In this document: in pieces, positions 41,398 to 50,506 of the stretch | Layout: every line of letters begins with the position of its first letter | Numbering within the stretch: position 1 is the stretch's first letter | Assembly (NCBI GenBank): GCA_045537695.1 | Contig: JAZSQB010000046.1 | Coordinates: 40,268 to 104,267 of the forward strand | Origin: Clostridia bacterium | GTDB taxonomy: Bacteria > Bacillota > Clostridia > UBA1381 > UMGS1253 | DNA length: 64,000 nucleotides | Reading direction: 5' to 3' | The notes under the pieces: model-generated | What the model was told of the DNA's origin: nothing | The model's input: the letters and a program-made list of their open reading frames with translations, nothing else | The model's database searches: none | Program-made: the position numbers and the translations under genes

Positions 41398-41947
41398 ACA
41401 TAGAATTAAGCCGATTTTCGTAATCGGACTTATAGCTGTTTTTGTTTTAGTGGGCGGTAAATACTTGGCAAAAACACTTTTTCCAGCACCACACATAATG
41501 GAAGTGAAAGACGCAGCAGCTGAATATTCCGTAGACCCTTATCTGGTTTTTGCATTGGTTAAGGCTGAGAGCAATTTTGTTTCTGACGCGCAATCTCACA
41601 AGGGCGCCGTTGGTTTAATGCAAATTACTGAGCCAACCGCACAGTGGATTGCAGAGAAAATCGGTTTGCAGAATTACAGTTTTGCACAAGTAAAGGACCC
41701 TGCAGTCAATATACGTATGGGAACATGGTATTTATCCTATTTATTATCATTGTATAATCAGGATGAAAAGTTAGCGCTTTGTGCATACAATGCAGGACAT
41801 GGCAATGTGGATCAGTGGTTGGAGAACGAGAATTATTCTGCAGACGGAAATACGTTGCAAAACATTCCTTTTCCAGAAACGGAGAAGTATATACAAAAAA
41901 TTGAGACATATAAAACAATATACAAAAAAATATATCCTGTCTTATAA
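41384..41947 (+). CDS. Lytic transglycosylase (SLT domain), membrane anchored
   Basis: AESNF catalytic Glu motif, GLMQI and AYNAG. AAGGAG precedes ATG 41384, and the gene overlaps the coaE 3' end by 14 nt. Confidence 0.85.
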   Translation: MNRIKHRIKPIFVIGLIAVFVLVGGKYLAKTLFPAPHIMEVKDAAAEYSVDPYLVFALVKAESNFVSDAQSHKGAVGLMQITEPTAQWIAEKIGLQNYSFAQVKDPAVNIRMGTWYLSYLLSLYNQDEKLALCAYNAGHGNVDQWLENENYSADGNTLQNIPFPETEKYIQKIETYKTIYKKIYPVL

Positions 41948-42015
41948 AGAAAGAACGTAGCGCAATGTGAGAGGGGCGCCACGCTCCGGGGGACATAAGT
42001 TCACGAGAGAATATA

Positions 42016-42324
42016 CTACGCCAACGGAATGATGAGCTGCTGGCCGATTTCAAGCTCCGAATTCTGCATACGGTTAAGCTTCTTGATTTTATAAATCGTG
42101 TTGCGGATATCTTCATTCCTGTCACCGTATTCTTCAGCGATGCTCCAAATTGTATCACCGACATTTACAGTAATAAGTTCTGTTTTGTTTACGGTGTCTG
42201 CCTGTGTGTTGTTCGGGGAATACATATAGAGCACAAATACATTAAACAATACTGTAGCAATCGTTAAGAATACGAAAAATCTGCGTCTATTTACAATTAC
42301 AGTTCTTTTTTTAGTGTTTGTCAT
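42016..42324 (-). CDS. YneA-like LysM membrane protein (putative SOS cell-division inhibitor)
   Basis: 102 aa with an N-terminal TM helix (FFVFLTIATVLFNVFVLYMY) and a C-terminal LysM domain (VNVGDTIWSIAEEYG...ELEIGQQLIIP). Size and architecture match B. subtilis YneA. LexA boxes lie in its promoter. Confidence 0.7.
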   Translation of the reverse strand: MTNTKKRTVIVNRRRFFVFLTIATVLFNVFVLYMYSPNNTQADTVNKTELITVNVGDTIWSIAEEYGDRNEDIRNTIYKIKKLNRMQNSELEIGQQLIIPLA

Positions 42325-42339
42325 ATTAAAACCTCCATT

Positions 42340-42411
42340 CGAACATCCGTTCTGATAGTAGTATAACAGAACGTTCGTTCGTTGTCAAGAGGTTTTTCGA
42401 AAATTTGTTCG
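42340..42411 (-). promoter_or_regulatory. SOS-regulated promoter with two consensus LexA (Cheo) boxes plus one degenerate box
   Basis: Read on the - strand: TTGACA (42388-42383), a 17 nt spacer, then TATACT (42365-42360). GAACGAACGTTC lies in the spacer (42380-42369) and AGAACGGATGTTCG (42353-42340) lies between the -10 and the RBS. The degenerate box CGAAAATTTGTTCG is at 42398-42411. Confidence 0.8.
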
Positions 42412-42456
42412 AATTTTGTAAAAAAATATAATTTTATAGGGAATAGTGCGGTTTAT

Positions 42457-42870
42457 TTAACGGTTAGAGTCCATATAAGCCTGCAAAATCAATGCCGCAG
42501 CGACCGTGTCAATGACATCTTTACGCTTTTTTCCACGCGTATTCGTTGTATTCAGTGTCTGAATCGCACAAACAGTGGACAAGCGCTCATCGAAAAACTC
42601 AATCACACCAGAATAGATTTCCTTTAAACGCTCGGCAAAAACATACGTCTTTTCTGCACGTTCTCCAAGGGTACCATTCATGTTTTTGGGCAAACCAATA
42701 ACAATTTTTGTCGGATTATATTGCGCAATCAGTTGAGACAAACGTTCAAATAACGCTTTTCGGCCTGTATTTTTAATTGTTTCAACGCCTTGCGCGGTCA
42801 TACCTAATAAATCTGAAACAGCAATACCAACACGAGCATCACCGTAGTCAATACACATAATTCGTTCCAT
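42457..42870 (-). CDS. ruvX: Holliday-junction resolvase-like nuclease RuvX/YqgF
   Basis: 137 aa. MCIDYGDARVGIAVSD...IVIGLPKNMNGT...DERLST is the YqgF family pattern. Confidence 0.9.
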   Translation of the reverse strand: MERIMCIDYGDARVGIAVSDLLGMTAQGVETIKNTGRKALFERLSQLIAQYNPTKIVIGLPKNMNGTLGERAEKTYVFAERLKEIYSGVIEFFDERLSTVCAIQTLNTTNTRGKKRKDVIDTVAAALILQAYMDSNR

Positions 42871-42991
42871 AGCTTTGTCCTCCTATAAACATCATTATAA
42901 CACGAATTAAATATAAAAGTCAATTTGTCATTGATTTTACAATAATAACATTATGTAAACAAGCAACTTTTTTAGAAAAGTAGGTGGGGGA

Positions 42992-43732
42992 ATGCAGTAC
43001 CTGAATATGCCGAATTTACCCGACAGGAAAGTAAAATCAGTTCTTATATCTCCTGATTGTCCCGCAGATATTCTCGAAGCATTAACGAGTTATGGCGTAA
43101 ATGCAATTAAAAGCGCGCGTAATCTATCATTAAAGGATGCTACATCGACGCATCCGGATATGAATATTCTGCATTTAGGCGAAAATCAATTTATTTGTAA
43201 CAGTACGGCTATACAATATTATAAGAAAGTTTTACCAAATACTGAATTAACATGCTTAAAAGAAGAAGTTAGAGCGCCGTATCCTATGGATATACCGCTA
43301 AATGTTGCTATAGTCGGTAAATTCGTATTTTTAAATAAAAAAACTTTAAACGAACAAATATTTGAGGAAGTAATGCGCAGGCAACTTCAAATTATTGACA
43401 TTTCGCAAGGGTATGCCAAATGTAACATAGCTGTGGTCAGCGACAAAGCAATTATAACAGAAGATACACAGATTGCCAAAAAGGCAAAGGAAAACGAGTT
43501 TGATGTATTATTGCTACAACCGGGACAAATTTATTTAAATGGTTATGCACATGGATTTATTGGCGGTGCCTGTGGCAAATTGGCGCCGGATTGTCTTGCT
43601 ATAACAGGCACAATCGACAATAGTGTAATTCGAGATGAAATCAGATCTTTTTGTCGAAATTATTCCGTAGAACTTTTAAAATTATCAAAAACGACGCCGA
43701 CAGATCTCGGGAGTATACTACCAATTGCTTAA
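42992..43732 (+). CDS. Uncharacterised protein, possibly a guanidino-modifying-enzyme-fold (DUF6873-like) protein
   Basis: 246 aa with HPDMN, QGYAKCN and HGFIGGACG motifs. The family assignment is from memory only. RBS is GGTGGGGG. Confidence 0.45.
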   Translation: MQYLNMPNLPDRKVKSVLISPDCPADILEALTSYGVNAIKSARNLSLKDATSTHPDMNILHLGENQFICNSTAIQYYKKVLPNTELTCLKEEVRAPYPMDIPLNVAIVGKFVFLNKKTLNEQIFEEVMRRQLQIIDISQGYAKCNIAVVSDKAIITEDTQIAKKAKENEFDVLLLQPGQIYLNGYAHGFIGGACGKLAPDCLAITGTIDNSVIRDEIRSFCRNYSVELLKLSKTTPTDLGSILPIA

Positions 43733-44165
43733 TACAAAAATCTGTAACTTTTTCCTGTGTTTAAAACGACCTGAGATACGTTTTGAAAAAACTGGTGAGC
43801 TACAGACGAGTCATCATAAAATCGGTAAATTTACAAAAACATACGTTTTAGCGAGCAGAAGGTATATTGCAGCAATATTTACGAACACCGGAGAATCGAA
43901 CTGCATAGACAATACAGAATTTTAAAATGAATAGTTTAAAAACTTTACGTAGGACGACAGTCAAAACAGTCGTATGCATATTCGTTTTTCTATATTATAA
44001 CAGAAGAGTATAATTGCTACCAGCAATGCAAACATACGTAAATATATAATATAAAGCTTAAATCCCTTGAAAATATACTTTTAAGTTTTATAAAGAGCAA
44101 TTTATAATACTTAGATTTGTTTTAAACTTTCATCCCTACCCTTAAAAATTTTATAAAGACATAAA

Positions 44166-44205
44166 GAAACACGCCGGCATTTTCAACCAGCGTGTTTGTA
44201 TTTTT
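44166..44205. terminator. Terminator hairpin at the aspS 3' end (bidirectional)
   Basis: AAACACGC (44167-44174) pairs with GCGTGTTT (44090+100 to 44197, i.e. 44190-44197). GTATTTTT follows on the + strand and TTTCTTTAT follows on the - strand. Confidence 0.6.
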
Positions 44206-44206
44206 A

Positions 44207-45991
44207 TTATTCAGAAACAATATTTGTTTTGATAGAAAGTTCAGCAAGCTGCTTATCATCTACCTCTGCAGGCGCATTCGTCATCAATTCGGATGCGTTC
44301 TGTACTTTCGGGAATGCAATAACTTCGCGAATGGAATCTGCCCCGGTTAAAAGCATTACAAATCTGTCTAAGCCGTAAGCCATACCACCGTGCGGCGGTG
44401 TGCCATACTTAAACGCTTCTAAGAGATAACCGAATCTCTCCCACGCTTCTTCTTTGGTAAATCCAAGTGCTTCAAACATCTTCTGCTGCAGCTCTGTATT
44501 AAAGATACGGATACTACCACCGCCAAGCTCACAACCGTTCAAAATAATATCATAAGCTTTTGCACGTGCATCCTGCGGTCTTGTGGACAGAAGTTCTACG
44601 TCCTCGTCCATCGGCGCAGTAAACGGATGGTGTTTTGCAACGTATCTGTCCTCTTCCTCACTGTACTCAAACAACGGGAATTCTGTTACCCAGAGCAAGT
44701 TAAACTGGTCTTTGCTCGTGAGATTCAAACGCTTTGCAATTTCACAACGCAGTGCGCCAAGGGCATCAAATACAACATTGTCCTGGTCAGCGACAAACAG
44801 AACTGTATCGCCTTCCTTCGCCCCTACCCTGTCACAAATTGCTTTAAGCTCAGCTTCTTCAAAAAATTTAGCAATTGGAGAACGGTATGTGCCGCCCTCT
44901 TCGCATACAAGCCAAGCTAAACCCTTCGCGCGGTAGGTTTTCACAAATTCGCCAAGTGCATCTAAATCCTTACGGCTAAATGCTGTTGCGCCGTTATCTA
45001 CCTTGATTGCACGAACACTGCCGCCATTATCAATTGCGCCCTTAAATACACCAAAGCCGCAATCTTTTACAAGGTCACTGATATTGTTAAGCTCTAAGCC
45101 GAATCTGGTATCCGGCTTATCGGAACCAAAGCGCTCCATCGCCTCTTTATATGTCATACGCGGGAACGGCACCGGTACATCGATGTTCATTAATTCCTTA
45201 AATACACGCGCAATCATACGTTCGTTTACGGAAATAACATCGTCAATCTCAACAAACGACATTTCCAGGTCAATCTGTGTGAATTCCGGCTGACGGTCTG
45301 CGCGCAGGTCCTCGTCACGGAAACACTTTACAATCTGAAAATAACGGTCCATACCCGAAACCATCAAAAGCTGCTTATATTGCTGCGGCGACTGCGGCAG
45401 CGCATAAAAGCTACCTGGATGCACACGGCTCGGCACCAGATAGTCACGAGCGCCTTCCGGTGTGCTTCTCGTCAGCATCGGTGTCTCAATTTCAATAAAG
45501 CCGTTTTCATCATAGAAATTACGGGCAATGTTTGTAAGCTTATGACGCAAAATCAAGTTCTTTTGCATCGGTGCACGTCTTAAATCCAGATATCTGTATT
45601 TTAATCTGAGCTCATCCTTAACATCTGTTTCGATCTTGATTTCAAATGGTGTTGTTTCTGCTTTATTTAATATACGAAGCTCGGATACTTTAATCTCAAT
45701 CATACCGGTCGGTAGTTTCGGGTTCGGCGAACTTCTTTTTACAACTTCACCGACAACAGCAAGCACGTATTCTGTACGAATTGTTGCTGCTTTTTCAAAA
45801 ATCTGCGCATCAATATCCGTGTCGAACGAAAGCTGCACAATACCGCTGCGATCACGAAGATCAATAAAAATCAACGAGCCAAGGTTACGATAGACATCTG
45901 TCCACCCCATTACGGTAACAGTTTCACCAATGTTCGCTTCAGAAAGCTCGCCACAATAGTGTGTACGCTTTAATCCCTGTAATGTATCCAT
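44207..45991 (-). CDS. aspS: Aspartyl-tRNA synthetase
   Basis: 594 aa class IIb enzyme with an OB fold at the N-terminus, FRDEDLRADRQPEFTQID motif 2 and GGGSIRI motif 3. Confidence 0.95.
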   Translation of the reverse strand: MDTLQGLKRTHYCGELSEANIGETVTVMGWTDVYRNLGSLIFIDLRDRSGIVQLSFDTDIDAQIFEKAATIRTEYVLAVVGEVVKRSSPNPKLPTGMIEIKVSELRILNKAETTPFEIKIETDVKDELRLKYRYLDLRRAPMQKNLILRHKLTNIARNFYDENGFIEIETPMLTRSTPEGARDYLVPSRVHPGSFYALPQSPQQYKQLLMVSGMDRYFQIVKCFRDEDLRADRQPEFTQIDLEMSFVEIDDVISVNERMIARVFKELMNIDVPVPFPRMTYKEAMERFGSDKPDTRFGLELNNISDLVKDCGFGVFKGAIDNGGSVRAIKVDNGATAFSRKDLDALGEFVKTYRAKGLAWLVCEEGGTYRSPIAKFFEEAELKAICDRVGAKEGDTVLFVADQDNVVFDALGALRCEIAKRLNLTSKDQFNLLWVTEFPLFEYSEEEDRYVAKHHPFTAPMDEDVELLSTRPQDARAKAYDIILNGCELGGGSIRIFNTELQQKMFEALGFTKEEAWERFGYLLEAFKYGTPPHGGMAYGLDRFVMLLTGADSIREVIAFPKVQNASELMTNAPAEVDDKQLAELSIKTNIVSE

Positions 45992-47262
45992 TATTCTTCA
46001 CCTCTGCATAATTCTTTTAATTTGGCAGCCAAATTCTCAAACGCAACAGTTTCCTTTTCTCCGGTCTGCATATTTTTAAGCTCAGCACTTTGTGCTTCCA
46101 CTTCTGTGTCCCCTAAAACCATTGTATAAGTTGCGCCGATTTTGTCTGCATACTTCATTTGCGCTTTTAAACTTCTACCAATGCGGTCTTTTTCAGCATA
46201 CAAACCGCCACTACGCAACTGATATACCAACTTTTCTGCTTCTAAATCTGCAACATCCCCTATGCTGGAAATATAAATATCCGGATTGATTTCGGTATCG
46301 AACTGCGCATTTTTCGATTCCAGTGTTAAAATCAAGCGTTCAATACCCATTGCAAAGCCAATACCCGGTGTTTCCGGACCGCCAAGTTCCTGCACAAGAC
46401 CATCATAACGACCGCCACCGCAAACCGTGCTCTGCGCACCGATGTCCTCAGCGACGAATTCAAATACTGTCTTGGTGTAGTAATCCAGACCACGCACAAT
46501 ATCCGGATTAATTTTATACGGAATATTCAATGCGTCCAATCTGTTTTTAACACCTTCAAAATGCGTGCTGCATTCTTCGCAAATGTGATCAATTAACTTC
46601 GGCGCATCCTTGGCAAGTTCGCCGCAAATCGGAGATTTACAGTCCAAAATACGGAGCGGATTACGCTCTAAACGGCTCTTACAAGTGTCGCACAAAGTAT
46701 CATAATGCTCTTTAAAATAAGCAATTAACTTTTCATTGTATGCTTTTCTACACGTCGGACAACCGATAGAATTGATATTTAAAGTAACCGACTTTAAGCC
46801 GATTTCCTCCAAAAGCAAATGCACAAGAGAAATGATTTCAGCATCAATCGTTGGACTCTGTGAACCGAACACCTCTACACCAAACTGATGAAACTCGCGA
46901 AGTCTGCCCGCTTGCGGTTTTTCATAACGAAAACACGGAATGATGTAGAACTGTTTTACAGGCAAAGGATTTGCATACATATTACGTTCGATAAAAGCTC
47001 TCGCTACAGAGGCTGTTCCTTCCGGACGAAGCGTGATACTACGCTCACCCTTATCTGTAAACGTATACATTTGCTTCTCAACGACATCTGTAGTGTCCCC
47101 TACACCGCGTAAAAACAATTCCGTATGCTCAAATGTAGGTGTAATAATTTCTGTGTATCCAAAACGATTGCACACAGAACGCATTTTAGATTCTAAATAT
47201 TGCCATAAGTTACTTTTTGGATAAAATATATCATTTGTGCCTCTTGGTGCTTTTGTTAACAT
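45991..47262 (-). CDS. hisS: Histidyl-tRNA synthetase
   Basis: PRGTNDIF, RYEKPQAGRLREFHQ and GGGRYDGL motifs. ATG 47262 lies behind GGAGG. Its stop overlaps the aspS start (TAATG). Confidence 0.93.
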   Translation of the reverse strand: MLTKAPRGTNDIFYPKSNLWQYLESKMRSVCNRFGYTEIITPTFEHTELFLRGVGDTTDVVEKQMYTFTDKGERSITLRPEGTASVARAFIERNMYANPLPVKQFYIIPCFRYEKPQAGRLREFHQFGVEVFGSQSPTIDAEIISLVHLLLEEIGLKSVTLNINSIGCPTCRKAYNEKLIAYFKEHYDTLCDTCKSRLERNPLRILDCKSPICGELAKDAPKLIDHICEECSTHFEGVKNRLDALNIPYKINPDIVRGLDYYTKTVFEFVAEDIGAQSTVCGGGRYDGLVQELGGPETPGIGFAMGIERLILTLESKNAQFDTEINPDIYISSIGDVADLEAEKLVYQLRSGGLYAEKDRIGRSLKAQMKYADKIGATYTMVLGDTEVEAQSAELKNMQTGEKETVAFENLAAKLKELCRGEE

Positions 47263-47311
47263 TCTATAACCTCCGTGCAAGTTTACATAATTTTAACTCT
47301 GTAAACTACTA

Positions 47312-47899
47312 TTAATGTTCTAACAATAAATAAATAATATCCCAAACTGTGAGTTTACCCTCATCACCTTTTACAGAGAAAGGAACCAGCACATCCTCTT
47401 CCGTTAAAGCAAGTTCACTGTAAATCATATCCAAATTTTCTTCTAACGCTTTTTTAGAAAGCTTATCTGTCTTTGTTGCTATAACTACAACACTTTCCTG
47501 GTAATGACGAATCCAATCCAGCATCGTTTTGTCATCCGCCGTTGGTTTGTGTCTGCTGTCTACAAGCAAAAACACCTGATAGAGCGGCTTACGATTGTTT
47601 AAATACGTCTCAATCATTTCGCCCCACTTTTTGATTTCTTCTTTAGAGCGCGTAGCATATCCGTACCCCGGCAAGTCTACCAAAAAAATCTTTTCATCAA
47701 TATCGTAAAAATTGATGGTTGCCGTTTTGCCCGGTGTAGAGCTCACACGCGCCAAAGATTTTCTGTTTAAAAGTTTATTAATCAGCGAGGATTTTCCTAC
47801 ATTGGAACGTCCCGCAAAAGCAAATTCCGGAACGCCGGTTTTGGGATATTGCGACGGTTTTACAGCGGAAACTGTAATTTGTGCGTTGTGTAAATTCAT
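47312..47899 (-). CDS. engB: Ribosome-biogenesis GTPase YsxC/EngB
   Basis: GRSNVGKSSLIN, DLPGYGY and TKTDK G-motifs, in the classical position downstream of lon. Confidence 0.92.
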   Translation of the reverse strand: MNLHNAQITVSAVKPSQYPKTGVPEFAFAGRSNVGKSSLINKLLNRKSLARVSSTPGKTATINFYDIDEKIFLVDLPGYGYATRSKEEIKKWGEMIETYLNNRKPLYQVFLLVDSRHKPTADDKTMLDWIRHYQESVVVIATKTDKLSKKALEENLDMIYSELALTEEDVLVPFSVKGDEGKLTVWDIIYLLLEH

Positions 47900-47921
47900 A
47901 AGCCGTTTTCCTTTCTTCTAA

Positions 47922-50354
47922 TCAGCAAAGCCCAGATGATGCGGTGTGTACATCTTTAATTTCCGACATATTTAAGCTGAAATTCTTAACAGTCTTTTTG
48001 TTTAAAGCATACGATAAAACCTCATCCATATTGGTTACCGGTATAAATTTAACATTCTGCTTTACAGTGTCCGGAATTTTCTCTAAATCCTTGGTGTTCT
48101 CCGTTGGATACAAAACGGTTTTTATACCGGCTCTATACGCAGCGATGGATTTTTCTTTTAATCCGCCAATCGGCAACACTCTGCCGCGAAGCGTGATCTC
48201 CCCTGTCATAGCCACGCTGGCTTTTACAGCACGACCGGTCAGTGCAGAAATCATCGCAGTGGCCATTGTTATACCGGCAGATGGACCGTCTTTGGGCACG
48301 GCGCCTTCCGGAATATGGCAATGAATATCCAAACGCTTATAAAAATCTTTTTCAATGCCGAACGCATCTGAATTGGAACGAATGTAACTCATTGCCGCCA
48401 TAGACGACTCTTTCATAACTTCGCCAATCTTACCGGTAATTTCAACCTTGCCGCTACCCGGCATTGTGTTCACTTCCACCGATAAGGTATCGCCACCGAC
48501 ACTTGTCCATGCAAGACCGCGCGCTATGCCGATTTCGTCCTTTTCATTTGCCGGCGTGTAAGTATATTTCTTTGCGCCGAGATATTTTACTAAATCTTTG
48601 GCGCAAACAGAAATCATCTGCGCATTGTTTTGTTCTTCCAGCGTTTTTTTTGCAATTTTTCTGGAAATTTTTGCGATACAACGCTCCAGTTCACGAACAC
48701 CGGCCTCGCGAGTGTAGTATAAAATTATATCAGAAATCGCACCGTCGGTAAACGTGATTTCCAGGTTATTCTTTTTATATTTTCCCGTGTTTTTAGTTAC
48801 AAGATGCTCTATTGCGATGTGTTGCTTTTCTTCACTTGTATAGCTGCCCAATTCAATGATTTCCACACGGTCAAGCAGCGGCGCAGGAATCGTATCTAAA
48901 GAGTTTGCGGTCGCAACAAACAATACACCGGATAAATCAAATGGTAGCTCAATATAATGATCACGGAAAGCTACATTTTGCGCAGAATCCAATACCTCGA
49001 GCAACGCTGAAGACGGATCACCATTGTAGCTCTTCCCCATTTTGTCGATTTCATCAAGCAAAATTAGCGGATTTTTACTGTCGGCAAGCTTGATTGCATT
49101 GATAATTCTACCCGGCATTGCACCGATATATGTCTTTCTGTGACCGCGAATATCAGATTCATCCTTAATGCCACCCAGACAAATCCGTTCATACTTTTTA
49201 CCCAACGCTTCGGCAACCGATTTAACCACAGAGGTTTTACCGACGCCTGGTGGGCCTACTAAACATAAAATAGGTGCATTCTGGTCATTCGCTAATTTTT
49301 TCGCGGAAAGATATTCCAAAATAGCATTTTTCACATCATCCAGTCCATAATGGTCTCTATCTAAAATCTCTTTTGCACGCTTAATATCATAGTTTTCTTT
49401 TGTTACTTTATGCCACGGCAGAGACAAAACATAGTCTAAATAGTTTTTCGACACAGCATAATCTGCCGTGTTCTGTGGCATTTTTTTCAAACGCCCTACT
49501 TCTTTTAAAAGTTGGTCTTCATATACTTTTTTAAGCTTCAGCTTTAAAATATCCTTTTTAAGCTTGCCGATTTCTTCTCCTTCGCCGCAAAGACTCTCTA
49601 ATTCATCATTAAATACTTTGATCTGCTCACGCAAATAATATTCTTTCTGATTTTTCTGAATCTGTCGTTCTACTTTATCATTTAATTTCTGCTCTAGCTC
49701 TGCCATAGAAGCTTCACTGCGCAAAAGCGCAATCACAGCGGTTACTCTTTCCGAAATTGGCAGCGTCTCTAATATCTTCTGCTTTGCTTCTGATTCAATA
49801 TCTAATTTTGCAGCAACTGCATCTGCAATCATTGATATGTCTCTTGTGTCCAATAACGGCAGCAGCGATTCAAATATGCGCGGATTGGTCAGCGCAAAGA
49901 ATTCTTCACACGCCCGAACAAGCATACGCATCAAAACATCGGAAATTTCCGGCATTTCCTCTATTTCGTTTTTGTCAATCAGTTCAATTTCGCTGATTAG
50001 ACACGGAATGGTGCGGCTAAACTTGATCAGTCTCGCGCGCTGTATACCCTCTACAGTGACGGTTACATTTTCACCAAAACCGCCTTGAATATTTACCACC
50101 TTAACCAATGTACCGATTTCGCACAAATCGTTTTTAGATGGCTCTTCAATTGCATTGTTTTTCTGCGCTACCATAAAGATGGGCAGATTTTTACTCATAG
50201 CATAATTAAGCGTCTTCATGGAACGAATACGCCCTACCTCAATATTGACGCTGATTTTCGGAAAAACCACCGTACCACGCAGTGCAATCGTCGGAAATTT
50301 AGTCTGATTTCCGTCAGCACCGAGATATTCAACTATTTCAAATTCTTCAGCCAT
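47922..50354 (-). CDS. lon: ATP-dependent Lon protease
   Basis: Walker A GPPGVGKTS, the DEIDK Walker B motif and the PKDGPSAG catalytic Ser motif. ATG 50354 (MAEEFEIV) is preferred over the 50381 track start. Confidence 0.95.
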   Translation of the reverse strand: MAEEFEIVEYLGADGNQTKFPTIALRGTVVFPKISVNIEVGRIRSMKTLNYAMSKNLPIFMVAQKNNAIEEPSKNDLCEIGTLVKVVNIQGGFGENVTVTVEGIQRARLIKFSRTIPCLISEIELIDKNEIEEMPEISDVLMRMLVRACEEFFALTNPRIFESLLPLLDTRDISMIADAVAAKLDIESEAKQKILETLPISERVTAVIALLRSEASMAELEQKLNDKVERQIQKNQKEYYLREQIKVFNDELESLCGEGEEIGKLKKDILKLKLKKVYEDQLLKEVGRLKKMPQNTADYAVSKNYLDYVLSLPWHKVTKENYDIKRAKEILDRDHYGLDDVKNAILEYLSAKKLANDQNAPILCLVGPPGVGKTSVVKSVAEALGKKYERICLGGIKDESDIRGHRKTYIGAMPGRIINAIKLADSKNPLILLDEIDKMGKSYNGDPSSALLEVLDSAQNVAFRDHYIELPFDLSGVLFVATANSLDTIPAPLLDRVEIIELGSYTSEEKQHIAIEHLVTKNTGKYKKNNLEITFTDGAISDIILYYTREAGVRELERCIAKISRKIAKKTLEEQNNAQMISVCAKDLVKYLGAKKYTYTPANEKDEIGIARGLAWTSVGGDTLSVEVNTMPGSGKVEITGKIGEVMKESSMAAMSYIRSNSDAFGIEKDFYKRLDIHCHIPEGAVPKDGPSAGITMATAMISALTGRAVKASVAMTGEITLRGRVLPIGGLKEKSIAAYRAGIKTVLYPTENTKDLEKIPDTVKQNVKFIPVTNMDEVLSYALNKKTVKNFSLNMSEIKDVHTASSGLC

Positions 50355-50460
50355 TTCTAAACCCCTAAAATATGAATTCAATACAAAATATTATATAACA
50401 AATTTCGCATAATTTCAAGCATTTTGAGAAATTCTTCTTGTTTGAATATGAATAATTATA

Positions 50461-50492
50461 AAAACAAAGCGGGTTACTTGTTTGTAACCCGC
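50461..50492 (-). terminator. Rho-independent terminator after clpX
   Basis: On the - strand, GCGGGTTAC pairs with GTAACCCGC and is followed by TTTGTTTT. Confidence 0.8.
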
Positions 50493-50506
50493 AATTTCAA
50501 TTAAAT

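Noticed and set aside
43725-43925. A 66 aa + strand ORF at the start of the 470 bp spacer.
   Set aside because: It overlaps the end of the preceding gene, lacks an RBS, and has a compositionally odd translation. The interval is treated as non-coding.
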